Part shown: positions 29,144-40,131 of the stretch, piece after piece
Layout of the letters: the number at the start of each line of letters is the position of its first letter
Numbering within the stretch: position 1 is the first letter of the stretch
Assembly (NCBI GenBank): GCA_002297815.1
Contig: DBKH01000101.1
Span: 10,454 to 74,453 of the forward strand
Length of the DNA: 64,000 nucleotides
Source of the DNA: Bacteroidales bacterium UBA755
GTDB lineage: Bacteria; Bacteroidota; Bacteroidia; Bacteroidales; UBA932
Direction: 5' to 3'
Notes under the pieces: model-generated
What the model saw: only the letters and a program-made list of their open reading frames with translations
Database searches by the model: none
What the model was told of the DNA's origin: nothing
Translations under genes and position numbers: made by a program

Positions 29144-29238
29144 AGTATTTGCTCAGAGTTTGGCAAAGTTAACAAAATAATATTTATCTTTGCGCATTTG
29201 TTAGAAGCATTGATATGCAATCTTTAATCAATAGTAAT

Positions 29239-30888
29239 ATGAAAAAGACACTCAAACTTTTTACCGTAGCTCTCATCGGGATGGCTGCGGTAGCATGCTC
29301 TTCAGCTGAAAAAATGGCTGAACTAGCTGACAATGTGACCGTAAAGTGCGAGCCTGCGGTTCTGGAGTGTGTAGCTGGCAACATAGACGCCACGCTCACT
29401 GTAACTTATCCGGAAAAATATTTCCATCCGAAGGCTATCCTTGAGGTAACTCCTGTGCTTGTTTACGATGGAGGAGAGGCTAAGATGACTCCTTTCATGT
29501 ACCAGGGAGAGAAAGTAAAAGACAACTACAAAGTTGTGGCTAAAGCCGGTGGCACTGTAACTGAGAAAGTTCACTTCGACTATGTTAAAGGCATGGAGCA
29601 GTCCCATCTTGAACTCCGCGGAATCGCCAAGTACAAGAACAAAGCCTATAAGCTTCCTGTAAAGAAGGTTGCTGACGGTGTCAACACCACTTACATGCTT
29701 GTAAAGGCCGCTGGCCAGGTTCCTCTCAAGGCTGATGGCTATCAGGCCGTCCTCCAGCAGACTGCAGAAGGACAGATCCTTTACAGAATCAACTCAGCAG
29801 ACGTTCAGTCAAAGCAGCTCAAAGGCCAGTCCATCAAGGATTTTCAGAGCGCTCTTGATGAGATTAAGGCTAACGAGAGAAAGACTCTCGTAGGTACTGA
29901 GGTTGTCGCTTACGCTTCACCTGACGGTGGTGAGAAACTCAACAACACCCTTTCCGAGAAGCGTTCAAAATCTGCCGACAAGGCTTGGGATAAGGTTATG
30001 AAGGGCAAGGATGTTGCTGAACCTGAGGTCAAGAGCATCGGTCAGGACTGGGAAGGTTTCCAGGAGCTTGTTCAGAACTCTGACATCGAAGACAAGGATC
30101 TTATCCTTCGTGTCCTTTCAATGTACAGCGACCCAGCTGTTCGCGAGAGCGAGATCAAGAACATGTCATCTGTTTACACCGAGCTTAAGAGCGGTATTCT
30201 TCCTGAACTTCGTCGTGCTAGGTTCATCGCTAACGTTGAATTTAAGAACTACACCGCAAACGAGCTTACCGAAATGGTAGAGAGCAACAGCGATGTGCTT
30301 GACGAGCCGGCTCTTCTCCGCGCTGCCACCTTGGTTAAGGATGTTGACAGCAAAGTTAAGCTCTACAACAAGGCCATCACCAAGTACGACAGCGACAAGG
30401 CAAGGTTCAACCTCGCTGCCACCTACCTCAACGCAGGTGACGTCAAGAATGCCGAGAAGGCTTTCGCTGCCGTTCAGACTAAGGATGCTGACCTCACCAA
30501 CGCTCTTGGTGTGATTGCTCTCCGCAAGGGTGACTACTCTACAGCTGCAAAGAACTTCAAGAAGGCTGGTACAGACGCTGCAAAGGCCAACTTGGGTGTT
30601 GTGGACATCCTTACCGGTGACTACGAGAAGGCTGTTCAGGATCTTAAGGATGTTAAGGGCTGCTGCCACAACACAGTTCTCGCCTACATCCTCACCGGTC
30701 AACTCGACAAAGCGTCAAAGACAGCTCACTGCAAAGACGCAAAGGTTGACTACCTCAGAGCCATCATCGCTGCCCGTCAGGGTAACTTCGATCAGGTCAA
30801 GACTTGGCTCGACTCTGTCGCCAAGAAAGACAAGGCTCTCGCAGAGCAAGCCACCAAGGACATCGAGTTCGCGGAGTACTACAAGTAA
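29239..30888 (+). CDS. Lipoprotein with OmpA-like and TPR regions
   Basis: Lipobox VAC, YASPDG..LN..LSEKR, TPR-like repeats and strong codon bias. Confidence 0.8.
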   Translation: MKKTLKLFTVALIGMAAVACSSAEKMAELADNVTVKCEPAVLECVAGNIDATLTVTYPEKYFHPKAILEVTPVLVYDGGEAKMTPFMYQGEKVKDNYKVVAKAGGTVTEKVHFDYVKGMEQSHLELRGIAKYKNKAYKLPVKKVADGVNTTYMLVKAAGQVPLKADGYQAVLQQTAEGQILYRINSADVQSKQLKGQSIKDFQSALDEIKANERKTLVGTEVVAYASPDGGEKLNNTLSEKRSKSADKAWDKVMKGKDVAEPEVKSIGQDWEGFQELVQNSDIEDKDLILRVLSMYSDPAVRESEIKNMSSVYTELKSGILPELRRARFIANVEFKNYTANELTEMVESNSDVLDEPALLRAATLVKDVDSKVKLYNKAITKYDSDKARFNLAATYLNAGDVKNAEKAFAAVQTKDADLTNALGVIALRKGDYSTAAKNFKKAGTDAAKANLGVVDILTGDYEKAVQDLKDVKGCCHNTVLAYILTGQLDKASKTAHCKDAKVDYLRAIIAARQGNFDQVKTWLDSVAKKDKALAEQATKDIEFAEYYK

Positions 30889-30912
30889 TCTCACTCACTC
30901 TAAATGAATATG

Positions 30913-30945
30913 ATGAAGCCCTGTTGACGCAGGGCTTCATTTTTT
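30913..30945 (+). terminator. Intrinsic terminator
   Basis: atgaagccctg..cagggcttcat followed by ttttt. Confidence 0.85.
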
Positions 30946-31072
30946 ATATACATATTCATAAATGTAAAAAAATCGCTGAAATCTCTTGGATTATCGAAAA
31001 ACATGCTTAACTTTGCAGTGTATTAATAAACTAATACACAAAGCCGCTAAAACAAAAAAAGAAAACGACAAT

Positions 31073-31795
31073 ATGCTGATTGAACTAAAAGACGTCAACA
31101 AGACCTATCAGGGGGCGCAGCCACTGCACGTGCTGAAAGGCATTGACCTGAGCATAGAAAGAGGGGAGTTTGTCTCCATCATGGGTGCATCTGGATCGGG
31201 GAAATCCACGCTTCTGAATATTCTTGGAATCTTGGATAACTACGATTCTGGAGAGTACCGCATTGCAGGCAAACTGATCTGGAAACTCAGTGAGAGCAAA
31301 GCAGCAGAGTATCGGAACAAGATGATCGGATTCATCTTCCAGTCCTACAATCTGATAGGATTCAAGACAGCAGTGGAAAATGTGGAACTACCGCTTTTCT
31401 ACCAAGGCATCGGACGGCAGAAAAGGCACAAGATGGCAATGGAGTTTCTTGAGCGTCTTGGACTTAAGGAATGGGCGGACCATTATCCGAATGAAATGTC
31501 CGGAGGTCAGAAGCAGAGGGTAGCAATAGCTAGGGCTTTGATCACCAAGCCAGAGATTATTCTAGCTGATGAGCCAACAGGTGCCTTGGACTCTAAAACT
31601 TCAGTAGAAATCATGAACTTGCTGCGTGAGCTGAACGAAAAAGAGAACATGACAATCATCGTTGTCACCCACGAGAGCGGAGTAGCCAACTTTACCAACA
31701 GAATCATCCACATCAAGGACGGAGTCATCGGCAAGATTGAGCAAAACATGCACCACGATTCTTCACCATTTGGTGAAGGAACGATAATGAAGTAA
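31073..31795 (+). CDS. ABC transporter ATP-binding protein (LolD/MacB-like)
   Basis: GASGSGKS, MSGGQKQRVAIARA and ADEPTGALD. Confidence 0.95.
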   Translation: MLIELKDVNKTYQGAQPLHVLKGIDLSIERGEFVSIMGASGSGKSTLLNILGILDNYDSGEYRIAGKLIWKLSESKAAEYRNKMIGFIFQSYNLIGFKTAVENVELPLFYQGIGRQKRHKMAMEFLERLGLKEWADHYPNEMSGGQKQRVAIARALITKPEIILADEPTGALDSKTSVEIMNLLRELNEKENMTIIVVTHESGVANFTNRIIHIKDGVIGKIEQNMHHDSSPFGEGTIMK

Positions 31796-31798
31796 GCC

Positions 31799-33103
31799 AT
31801 GAGAGATCTGTTTGAGGAAATTTGGAGCAACATCAGGCGCAACAAACTGCGCACTGCTCTTACTGGCTTCGCTGTCGCTTGGGGAATATTCATGCTCATC
31901 TTCCTGCTAGGAGCAGGTAACGGTCTCATCCACGCGCTTGAGAGCAACAACAGCGACTATCTCGTCAACACCATGAACGTCTGGGGTGGTCGAACCAATA
32001 AAGCCTTCAATGGAATGCAGAAAGGCAGGAGGGTTAAACTGAACGACAAAGATGTCGAGATAACCCTTAGTCCCGAATTTGCTGACAAGGTCGAAGAAGC
32101 CGGTACCATCATCTACCAGTCTAGCGTGACAGCGAGCTATGGCAAGGAATATGTCGTCAGGCAGTTGACCGGAGTCAGCCCTGAGCATTTCAGAGTCAAC
32201 AAAATAGACCTAATGTTCGGGCGTCCTATCAACGAGGTTGACATCAAGGAGAGGCGAAGGGTTGTCGTGATGGATAGCAATGATGCGAGGGAGCTTCTCG
32301 GTGTGGACGGGGAGAGGGAAACTGGGCTAAGCGCCATGCAAAAGGCAGAAAAAGCAAAAGCTCTGATTGGAGAATATGTTAAGATCGGCAGTTTCATGTT
32401 CCAGGTGATCGGCATCACACGTCCGAACAATCAGGGCTACGTTCATATATTCACTCCTATCACAACTTTAAGGACAATCTACCACCGAGGCCAGGACATT
32501 GATGAATATTATTTTTCGTTTCACGACCTTGAGACAATGGAGGACAACGAAGCATTCGAAGACAGACTACGCACTGCACTAAGCAGAAATCATAACACGG
32601 CACCGGACGATAAGAGCGCAATAGGAATATGGAACCTTTTCACAATGAACATGCAGATGGGGAAAGGGATGTCAATGATACGTACCGCCCTCTGGATCAT
32701 CGGAATACTAACCTTACTGAGCGGTATCGTCGGAGTCTCGAACATAATGCTGATCTCCGTAAAAGAACGCACACACGAGTTTGGGATTCGCAAAGCGATC
32801 GGTGCAAGCCCGTGGGCCATACTTAAACTGATCATTTCCGAAAGCATCATCATAACGGCTTTCTTCGGCTATGTGGGAATGGTGCTCGGTGTGCTAGCTA
32901 ACGAGTGGCTTGATCATATTTCTGGAAACATGGTGATGGATTTTGGAATTTTCCAACAGACAATCTTCAAGGATCCTACGGTGGGGCTGAATGTCTGTTT
33001 CGGTGCAACTGTATTACTGATAGTTGCTGGCACTCTTGCTGGCCTCGCACCAGCTCGGAAAGCCGCCAAGGTACGCCCAATTGAGGCACTCCGCAGCGAA
33101 TGA
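31799..33103 (+). CDS. MacB-like ABC permease
   Basis: LRTALTGF..WGIF, GVSNIML.SVKERT.EFGIRKAIGA and PIEALR. Confidence 0.93.
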   Translation: MRDLFEEIWSNIRRNKLRTALTGFAVAWGIFMLIFLLGAGNGLIHALESNNSDYLVNTMNVWGGRTNKAFNGMQKGRRVKLNDKDVEITLSPEFADKVEEAGTIIYQSSVTASYGKEYVVRQLTGVSPEHFRVNKIDLMFGRPINEVDIKERRRVVVMDSNDARELLGVDGERETGLSAMQKAEKAKALIGEYVKIGSFMFQVIGITRPNNQGYVHIFTPITTLRTIYHRGQDIDEYYFSFHDLETMEDNEAFEDRLRTALSRNHNTAPDDKSAIGIWNLFTMNMQMGKGMSMIRTALWIIGILTLLSGIVGVSNIMLISVKERTHEFGIRKAIGASPWAILKLIISESIIITAFFGYVGMVLGVLANEWLDHISGNMVMDFGIFQQTIFKDPTVGLNVCFGATVLLIVAGTLAGLAPARKAAKVRPIEALRSE

Positions 33104-33205
33104 TGGTAATTCAAAGAAAGTGGTACAACCACAAGAGAACATATTCATAAAAGATTGAAAGGACAAATCAAAATGAAGAAGGGTTGAATAATAAGGCTTC
33201 TTAAT

Positions 33206-34459
33206 ATGACATTTTTCGATATAGATAGGTTTAAAGAAATCGTTGACACGCTCACCCGCAACAAGGGTCGCAGCCTGCTGACTGGGTTCGGTGTGTTTTG
33301 GGGAATATTCATGCTCTTGTTCCTGCTAGGAGGTGGCGATGGGTTCAAGGTGATGCTAGGCGAGCAAATGGGAGGTTTCGCTTCCAATTCAGCGATGATT
33401 TGGTCACAGAACACCACTAAACCATACAAAGGGTTCAACAAGGGACGCTACTGGGAGATGAACATAAAGGATGTTGATGTACTCAAAGAGAAGGTTCCGG
33501 AATTGGATGTCGTGTCACCACAATGCTTCAGTTGGTCAAGAGGCGATGCCACCTACGGAGAACGCTCCTCAAATTGTAACGTCAAGGGACTGAAAGCCGA
33601 TTTCGCTCAAATAGAGACACCTACGATAGTCTATGGACGCTACATCAACGAGATGGATGTGGCACAGAAACGTAAGGTTTGCGTGATTGGAAAACAAGTC
33701 TATGAGAACCTGTACTCTAAAGGTGAGAATCCGTGCGGGACTAGAATAAAGATCGGACCAGCATATTACCAAGTGATAGGAGTTGACTACAATGAACACA
33801 GTGTCATAAGCTTTGGCGGCCGTCAGACTGAAGCCATCGTGATCCCTATCTCAGTTGTTCAGTCGGTTTACAACATGGGAGACAAAGTGCAGGTAATGGC
33901 AGTGACAGCGAAAAAAGGTGTTGTAATGAGTGACATCATCCCGAAAATCAGGAAGGCTATCGCAAGTAACCACTACATTGACCCAACTGATGAACAAGCT
34001 GTCAGTGTTCTTAACACCGAGATGTTCTACATGATGATAGATAGTCTGTTCAAAGGGGTGAACTTTCTGATTTGGCTAATCGGAATCGGAACACTTCTAG
34101 CCGGAATCATAGGAGTTTCGAACATCATGATGGTCACGGTTCGGGAACGCACAACGGAAATCGGAATCAGACGCGCCATCGGAGCAACACCTAAGATGAT
34201 TCTCTCGCAGATTATCTGCGAAAGCATCCTGCTGACAGCGGTGGCTGGAATGCTCGGACTGTTGTTCTCCGTGCTGATTCTGCAAGGATTAGAGCTAGCA
34301 TTCACACAAGACGGAATACTCCAGGCTCCATTCCAGATTAGTTTCTGGGCTGCCCTAGGAACCCTTATCGGGCTGATGGCCCTGGGAGTCATCGCTGGTC
34401 TCGCTCCCGCTTCCAGAGCGATGAGCATCAAGCCAGTGGATGCCATGAGAGATGAGTAA
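33206..34459 (+). CDS. MacB-like ABC permease
   Basis: GVSNIMMVTVRERTTEIGIRRAIGA and KPVDAMRDE. Confidence 0.93.
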   Translation: MTFFDIDRFKEIVDTLTRNKGRSLLTGFGVFWGIFMLLFLLGGGDGFKVMLGEQMGGFASNSAMIWSQNTTKPYKGFNKGRYWEMNIKDVDVLKEKVPELDVVSPQCFSWSRGDATYGERSSNCNVKGLKADFAQIETPTIVYGRYINEMDVAQKRKVCVIGKQVYENLYSKGENPCGTRIKIGPAYYQVIGVDYNEHSVISFGGRQTEAIVIPISVVQSVYNMGDKVQVMAVTAKKGVVMSDIIPKIRKAIASNHYIDPTDEQAVSVLNTEMFYMMIDSLFKGVNFLIWLIGIGTLLAGIIGVSNIMMVTVRERTTEIGIRRAIGATPKMILSQIICESILLTAVAGMLGLLFSVLILQGLELAFTQDGILQAPFQISFWAALGTLIGLMALGVIAGLAPASRAMSIKPVDAMRDE

Positions 34460-34491
34460 AAGAGATTCAGAAACAAACAAAAAGTCAAAAT

Positions 34492-35589
34492 ATGAAAAAG
34501 TATTTCAAGTACATTCTGTTCACCGCTATTATCCTGGTGTTCGCAGGCACTTTCTTCTTCCTTTGGAAAAAATCTCAACCGAAAGAGATTCGTTTTGAGG
34601 AGCTTTCAACCGAAATTGCAAACATCAAAAAGACAACACTCATCACCGGTACAATAGAGCCTCGCGATGAGGTGAACATCAAGCCGCAGATCAGTGGCAT
34701 CATCTCGGAAATTTACAAGGAGGCCGGAGACCATGTGAAAGAAGGCGAGGTGATCGCTAAGGTCAAGGTCATCCCTGAAATGGGTTCGCTTAGCTCAGCT
34801 CAGAGCCGTCTGCGAATCGCTGAATTGAACCTTGAGCAGGCACAGACAAATTTTGGACGCGAGAAAGCCCTTTACGACAAACAATTAGTGAGTGCTGAAG
34901 AATATGACCAGGTGCGTCAGGCTTTGGCTCAGGCCAAGGAGGAGAAAGAGGCCGCTGAGGAGTCATTGGAGGTAGTGCGGGACGGAGTGTCCAAGCGCAA
35001 TGCAACGGCAAGTTCAACGCTGATTCGATCTACCATCACTGGCTTGATTCTGGATGTACCAGTAAAGGTCGGCAACTCCGTGATTCAGAGCAACACTTTC
35101 AACGATGGAACAACCATCGCCACGGTGGCCGACATGAACGATCTCATCTTCAAAGGCAACTTGGACGAGACCGAGGTCGGAAAAGTCGATGTGGGGACTC
35201 AGATGAAAATCACAATCGGTGCTGTGCAAGGAGTGGAGATGGACGCTGTTCTTGAATATATCTCCCCGAAAGCAGTTCAAAACAACGGAGCCAACCAGTT
35301 TGAGATCAAGGCAAGGGTCAATCAGCTAGACAGTGTGACAATCCGTTCCGGGTACAGCGCCAATGCTGAAATCACTTTGGAGCACGTTGATTACGTTTTG
35401 GCTGTTCCTGAGGCTGCAATCTCATTCGAGAAAGATTCCATGTTTGTCTATCTGGCGGAAGGAAACGGACAGTACAAACGGCAGCATGTGACGACAGGTC
35501 TTAGCGATGGAGTGAAGATTGAAATCAAAAGCGGGCTGGCTAAAGATCAGAAGGTTCGTGGAAATCAGATATTTACAGATAAGCAATAA
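34492..35589 (+). CDS. Efflux periplasmic adaptor (MacA-like)
   Basis: N-terminal TM, IKPQISGII, coiled coil and TGLSDG. Confidence 0.92.
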   Translation: MKKYFKYILFTAIILVFAGTFFFLWKKSQPKEIRFEELSTEIANIKKTTLITGTIEPRDEVNIKPQISGIISEIYKEAGDHVKEGEVIAKVKVIPEMGSLSSAQSRLRIAELNLEQAQTNFGREKALYDKQLVSAEEYDQVRQALAQAKEEKEAAEESLEVVRDGVSKRNATASSTLIRSTITGLILDVPVKVGNSVIQSNTFNDGTTIATVADMNDLIFKGNLDETEVGKVDVGTQMKITIGAVQGVEMDAVLEYISPKAVQNNGANQFEIKARVNQLDSVTIRSGYSANAEITLEHVDYVLAVPEAAISFEKDSMFVYLAEGNGQYKRQHVTTGLSDGVKIEIKSGLAKDQKVRGNQIFTDKQ

Positions 35590-35593
35590 GGCA

Positions 35594-36913
35594 ATGAAAA
35601 GAATATATTCACTTATCGTGTTGGGATTAGCCACAGTGGGGCTTTACGCGCAGGACGGAGGGCCGTGGTCGCTGCAACAGTGCATTGCTTATGCCCTTGA
35701 GAACAACATTACCCTCAAGCAGCAGGAGATTCAAGTCAAGCAACAAGAAATTCAGCTGAACACCTCTAGGAATAGTAGGTTGCCGGGAGTTAGCGCTAGT
35801 GCCAGTGAGAATTTCTCGTTTGGGCGAGGCTTGACTGCTGACAACACGTATTCAAACACCAACACCACTAGTACTGGATTGAGTCTCGGAGCGTCTGTCC
35901 CGGTGTTCCAAGGACTTCGGATTAACAATGCGATTAAGAATAACGAACTCAATCTCAAGGCCGTGACTGCTGACCTTCAGAAAGCCCGTGAAGATGTGAG
36001 CGTGGCCGTGGCACAGGCCTATGTTCAGATTCTCTACAACATGGAGCTTTTGGACGTGGCCAGAAATCAGGTCAGCATCGATTCGCTTCAGGTTGAAAGA
36101 CTTTCGGCCATGGAACTGAGTGGAAAAGCCAGCAAGGTTCAAGTAGCTCAGCAGAAGGCGGCACTTGGGCAGAGTCGTTTGTCTGAGACACAGGCGGCCA
36201 ATAGTTTACGGTTATCATTACTGGATCTCAGCCAATTGCTGGAACTTCCCGATCCCAAAGGCTTTTCGGTAGTGCGCCCGGTAGTCTCTGTTGATGGCCT
36301 GCTTTTAGGCAATCCTGAGGAGATCTACATTCAGGCCGTGGCTAGCAAGCCTTCCATTCAAGCGGAGCAGTTCCGGTTGGATGCGACTGAGTATTCGATT
36401 AAAAGCGCCAAAGGAGCTCGCTTGCCTTCATTGATGGCTAGTGGAGGCCTCGGCACTAACTACTACACGATGAGCAGCCATTCCAGCAATCCTTTCGCTG
36501 ACCAGATCAAGAACAATTTCAGCCAGTATTTAGGCCTAAGTCTCAACATTCCAATCTTTTCCGGATTCCAGACACGGAATCAAATCCGTTCAGCCGAGCT
36601 TACGAGGACGAATCAGATGCTTCAATTGGAAAACACAAAAAAAAGCCTTTATAAAGAGATCCAACAGACCTACTACAATGCTGTGGCGGCACAAGAGAAG
36701 TTCCGCGCTAGTCTTGATGCCGAAGCTAGCGCCAAGGAATCGTACGAGCTTGTGTTGGCCAAGTACGAGAACGGTAAGGCCAACATTACTGAGTTCAATG
36801 AGGCTCGCGACAATTTCATGGAATCTGAATCCAATTTGGCCCGCGCTCGCTACGAATTTCTGTTCTCTGCCAAGTTGCTTGATTTCTACCGAGGGCAGAA
36901 GTTGGTCTTTTAA
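35594..36913 (+). CDS. TolC family outer membrane channel
   Basis: Signal peptide, WSLQQCIAYALENN, IPIFSGF and LDFYRG. Confidence 0.92.
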   Translation: MKRIYSLIVLGLATVGLYAQDGGPWSLQQCIAYALENNITLKQQEIQVKQQEIQLNTSRNSRLPGVSASASENFSFGRGLTADNTYSNTNTTSTGLSLGASVPVFQGLRINNAIKNNELNLKAVTADLQKAREDVSVAVAQAYVQILYNMELLDVARNQVSIDSLQVERLSAMELSGKASKVQVAQQKAALGQSRLSETQAANSLRLSLLDLSQLLELPDPKGFSVVRPVVSVDGLLLGNPEEIYIQAVASKPSIQAEQFRLDATEYSIKSAKGARLPSLMASGGLGTNYYTMSSHSSNPFADQIKNNFSQYLGLSLNIPIFSGFQTRNQIRSAELTRTNQMLQLENTKKSLYKEIQQTYYNAVAAQEKFRASLDAEASAKESYELVLAKYENGKANITEFNEARDNFMESESNLARARYEFLFSAKLLDFYRGQKLVF

Positions 36914-36929
36914 GCATCGTGTGTCGGTG

Positions 36930-37088
36930 CTCCGTGCGTTAACTAGTGCCTCTCGCGCACCAAAGGCCACCAAGAAACGGGCGGTGAGTGAGTAGCAAGG
37001 TTTCACGCACGAAAACGGTTCGCTTCGACAGGCTCAGCGACCACATGAAAGGGCGGTGAGTGAAGGGCAAGGATTTACGCACGGAGAC
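36930..37088. repeat. Three related ~35-bp units around a family C unit (37023-37042)
   Basis: gggcggtgagtga..gcaagg..acgcacg at 36979 and 37051, with an inverted relative at 36930-36961. Confidence 0.7.
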
Positions 37089-37090
37089 TT

Positions 37091-38278
37091 CTACTGGGAG
37101 ACAAACGGATCCGGCTCTGGGGCGTTCTTGTCGTAGGCAAGGATGGTGGCTTTACTGGAAAGGATGTCGAAGCCGTGCTCCGCGAGACTTTGGAGTTCAA
37201 ATTCTCCAGGATAGACCTCAACAGGGGCGATGAACTCTACCCTCCTTCGGATTCCCTCCACAATGTTCTGCCCATAGGCTCCGCCACCGGTCAGAAGGAT
37301 TACGTCCACTTTGCCGCACACATCTGCGGCTTCAGAAGCGATATACTTCGCGATGTTTAGAATGAATGCCTCCATCCAAACCTTCGCACGGATGTCTCCT
37401 TCCTCCCCACGATGGACAATTTCTTTTAAGTCATTCGTACCGAAAAAGGCCACGGCTCCGCCATGCCCCATCAGTCTGCTCTTGAGCTCCGACTTGGTAT
37501 ATTCCCCGCTAAAGCACAAGTCAATCAATTGAAAGCCAGGGCAAGACCCGACTCTTTCTGGAGTGAACGGTCCGTCTCCACCGACTCCGTTGTTGGTGTC
37601 GATTACCTTTCCGTTCCTGTGAAGAGTGACAGTGATTCCGCCACCGATGTGCGCGACAATCGCTGTGATGTCATTCTCTGAATGGCCATGGTCTTTAAGG
37701 TAGTGCCTTACAACAGCCCTTGAATTGAGTGCATGGAAGAACGCTCTGCGCTGGAACTCCGGCAAACCTCCTACACGGCATTCCGGAAGCATCTCGTCTG
37801 CCATCGGAGGGTCGGCTATGTAAGCCCTGCAAGCCCCGAAAGGCATGCTAACACCTCTAGCATTATTTTTCCGAGTAACCTCCTTGGCCAAATCGTCAGC
37901 GATGATCGCACTCAGGTTGCAGGCGTGCCGCCCATATTTACAACTCATCAAGACCTCTCTCATGTCTTCATTGACTGAATATACTCCCGTGACCACAGGC
38001 GCAAAAAGTCCACCTCGTGCCATGATGATGTCAATGTTCTGAGCATGAATCCCTTTACTGCGCATGAATGTCCTCACATCATCTCGACGCAGCTTATCCT
38101 GTTCCATCACATCCTTGAACCTTGCGAGATCATCGGCCTTATGTACTAGGTTCTCCTCGAACACAAGAACCCCATCCACGAAATAACCAATTTTAGTCGA
38201 AGTCGATCCTGTGTCGATTGCCAACAATCGTCCTTTTTGTCTTGTCATGTTCGTTTCGTTTTCGGACAAATTTATCAT
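37091..38278 (-). CDS. buk: Butyrate kinase
   Basis: GSTSTKIG, ARGG, HACNL, FHALN, AHIGGGI, GPFTPER and YPGEFE. Start may be 38248. Confidence 0.9.
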   Translation of the reverse strand: MINLSENETNMTRQKGRLLAIDTGSTSTKIGYFVDGVLVFEENLVHKADDLARFKDVMEQDKLRRDDVRTFMRSKGIHAQNIDIIMARGGLFAPVVTGVYSVNEDMREVLMSCKYGRHACNLSAIIADDLAKEVTRKNNARGVSMPFGACRAYIADPPMADEMLPECRVGGLPEFQRRAFFHALNSRAVVRHYLKDHGHSENDITAIVAHIGGGITVTLHRNGKVIDTNNGVGGDGPFTPERVGSCPGFQLIDLCFSGEYTKSELKSRLMGHGGAVAFFGTNDLKEIVHRGEEGDIRAKVWMEAFILNIAKYIASEAADVCGKVDVILLTGGGAYGQNIVEGIRRRVEFIAPVEVYPGEFELQSLAEHGFDILSSKATILAYDKNAPEPDPFVSQ

Positions 38279-38383
38279 GCACTGTCAACAAGGCAAAAAA
38301 TAAGTGGCAGTTCCCAGCCACATTCCGCCAATCCCGTTAATTCGTTGCGAAATTCTGAATATGTCGGTGAAAACCCTTGAATT

Positions 38384-39400
38384 CTATGGTAGAGCAGGGC
38401 GGAGGATGTCAGCGATGGCGGAAGTTTCTATTAGAAATCCATCGTGGCCGTAAGGTGTATCAATCTGGTAATAGCGGGAACCGGGAATCAGTTCGGAGAG
38501 TGGTTTCATGTCTTCCGGTGGGAATAGTTCATCGGAAGACATGCAGATGAAGGTACAGTCGGTCTTGATCTGAGACAGGGCAGCAGCGACACCTCCACGG
38601 CCACGTCCAACGTTGTTGCTGTCAACCTCGTCACATACATAGAGGTAAGAATAGGCATCCCAGTCTTTGACAAACTTTGAGGTCTGGTGGCGGTAGTACG
38701 ATCCGACCTTGCCAGCAAAAACGGTGTCATCACTGTCTTCATTCTGCTTGAAAAGTCCTTCCTCGCAACGGTAGGTCAGCAGGGCTATGGCGCGTGCGGC
38801 TTTCAAACCTTCCATGCCACCGTTTAGGTCACGGTGCTCCTTGAAAGTTGGGTCAGCAAGAAGGGCCATGCGGCTGGCAGCGTTGAATCCAGCAAGCCAC
38901 GGAGTCACGCGAGCTCCTGTGGCAATAAAGAATATCTTTCCGAATATGTCGGGACGCATCACCACCCACTCGAAGGACATGAATCCGCCCATTGATGTTC
39001 CAATCAATAGGTCAATTTTCTCTATTCCTAGATGCTGCCTCAGAAGATCAAAGGCGCGGACCGTGTCTCTGACCGTAACACGAGGGAACTCGAAATAGTA
39101 TGGCTTTCCGGTTTTCGGATTCGTGGACGCTGGGCCTGACGAACCACAGGCAGAGCCAAGGACATTGGCGCAGATCACGAAATACTTCTCGGTATCAATC
39201 AGTTTGCCGGGACCTACGAGAGCCGGCCACCAACTGCCTTCCGGGTCCGAATCAGCGGTAAGAGCGTGGCATAGCCAAATAACTTTCCTGTCACGAGAAT
39301 ATTCAAAAGGCGAGGTGTGGCAAGTAATCTCCAGATTGTCAATGCTTCCACCAGCTTCGAACTCAAATGTTCCGTTGTGTTTATAGATGTGCTTTATCAT
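38384..39400 (-). CDS. metX: Homoserine O-acyltransferase (MetX family)
   Basis: CHALTADS, NVLGS, GTSMGG nucleophile elbow and YGHDGFLIE. Confidence 0.9.
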   Translation of the reverse strand: MIKHIYKHNGTFEFEAGGSIDNLEITCHTSPFEYSRDRKVIWLCHALTADSDPEGSWWPALVGPGKLIDTEKYFVICANVLGSACGSSGPASTNPKTGKPYYFEFPRVTVRDTVRAFDLLRQHLGIEKIDLLIGTSMGGFMSFEWVVMRPDIFGKIFFIATGARVTPWLAGFNAASRMALLADPTFKEHRDLNGGMEGLKAARAIALLTYRCEEGLFKQNEDSDDTVFAGKVGSYYRHQTSKFVKDWDAYSYLYVCDEVDSNNVGRGRGGVAAALSQIKTDCTFICMSSDELFPPEDMKPLSELIPGSRYYQIDTPYGHDGFLIETSAIADILRPALP

Positions 39401-39576
39401 TTCCAATAATTAAGTGTTCCGGCATCTACAAGCCAAAACCACCGCAATGCCGATTCGATTAAAGAACGCAAAATTAAGAAAATTAGCGTTGTAAACGTAG
39501 AAAATGCTTATTTTTGTCTTCCGAGCCTTAAAGTAATACATCAATCCAGCAGAATCAAGGCTCATAGAAGTTTAAG

Positions 39577-40059
39577 ATGAATAATTGCAGAATAGGTAAC
39601 GGCTACGATGTTCACACCCTCAAGATGGGGCTGCCAATGTGGCTTTGCGGCATACGGGTCGAGAGTGAAACTGGATTTGTTGCACATTCGGACGGTGATG
39701 TGGCAATCCATGCGCTCTGTGATGCGCTTCTGGGAGCAGCCTCGCTTGGAGACATCGGGCTACATTTCCCAGATAATGATGAAAGGTGGAAAGGCATTGA
39801 CAGCAAGCTTCTTCTAAAGGAAGTGATGAGACTGGTTAGAGCCAAGGGTTACGAACTAGGTAACGCGGACATCACGATAGCTTTGCAGGCCCCGAAACTG
39901 AGACCGTACATCGACACTATGCGTTCCACGCTTGCTGAAGTAATTGGGACAGCTGTTGAAAACATCTCAGTCAAAGCCACGACTACAGAGCAACTTGGCT
40001 TCGTGGGACGGAAAGAAGGTTGTGAAGTCTGGGCGACAGTCATAATAACGAGAACCTAA
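39577..40059 (+). CDS. ispF: 2-C-methyl-D-erythritol 2,4-cyclodiphosphate synthase
   Basis: RIGNGYDVH, HSDGDV.IHA, GDIG.HFP and KATTTE.LGF.GR.EG. Confidence 0.97.
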   Translation: MNNCRIGNGYDVHTLKMGLPMWLCGIRVESETGFVAHSDGDVAIHALCDALLGAASLGDIGLHFPDNDERWKGIDSKLLLKEVMRLVRAKGYELGNADITIALQAPKLRPYIDTMRSTLAEVIGTAVENISVKATTTEQLGFVGRKEGCEVWATVIITRT

Positions 40060-40131
40060 ATGGCTATTCATGTTGTCACAAGGACTTCTAGTAATTTGTC
40101 TTAAAACTAATCGTATAATTAAAGCACTAAT

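Noticed and set aside
37091..38278. Butyrate kinase without adjacent phosphotransbutyrylase
   Set aside because: The partner may simply be elsewhere in the genome; it cannot be judged from this window.
39407..39480. SAM riboswitch upstream of metX
   Set aside because: A hairpin (cggcat/atgccg) is present, but I could not match SAM-I, II or V consensus features; an Infernal search would decide.
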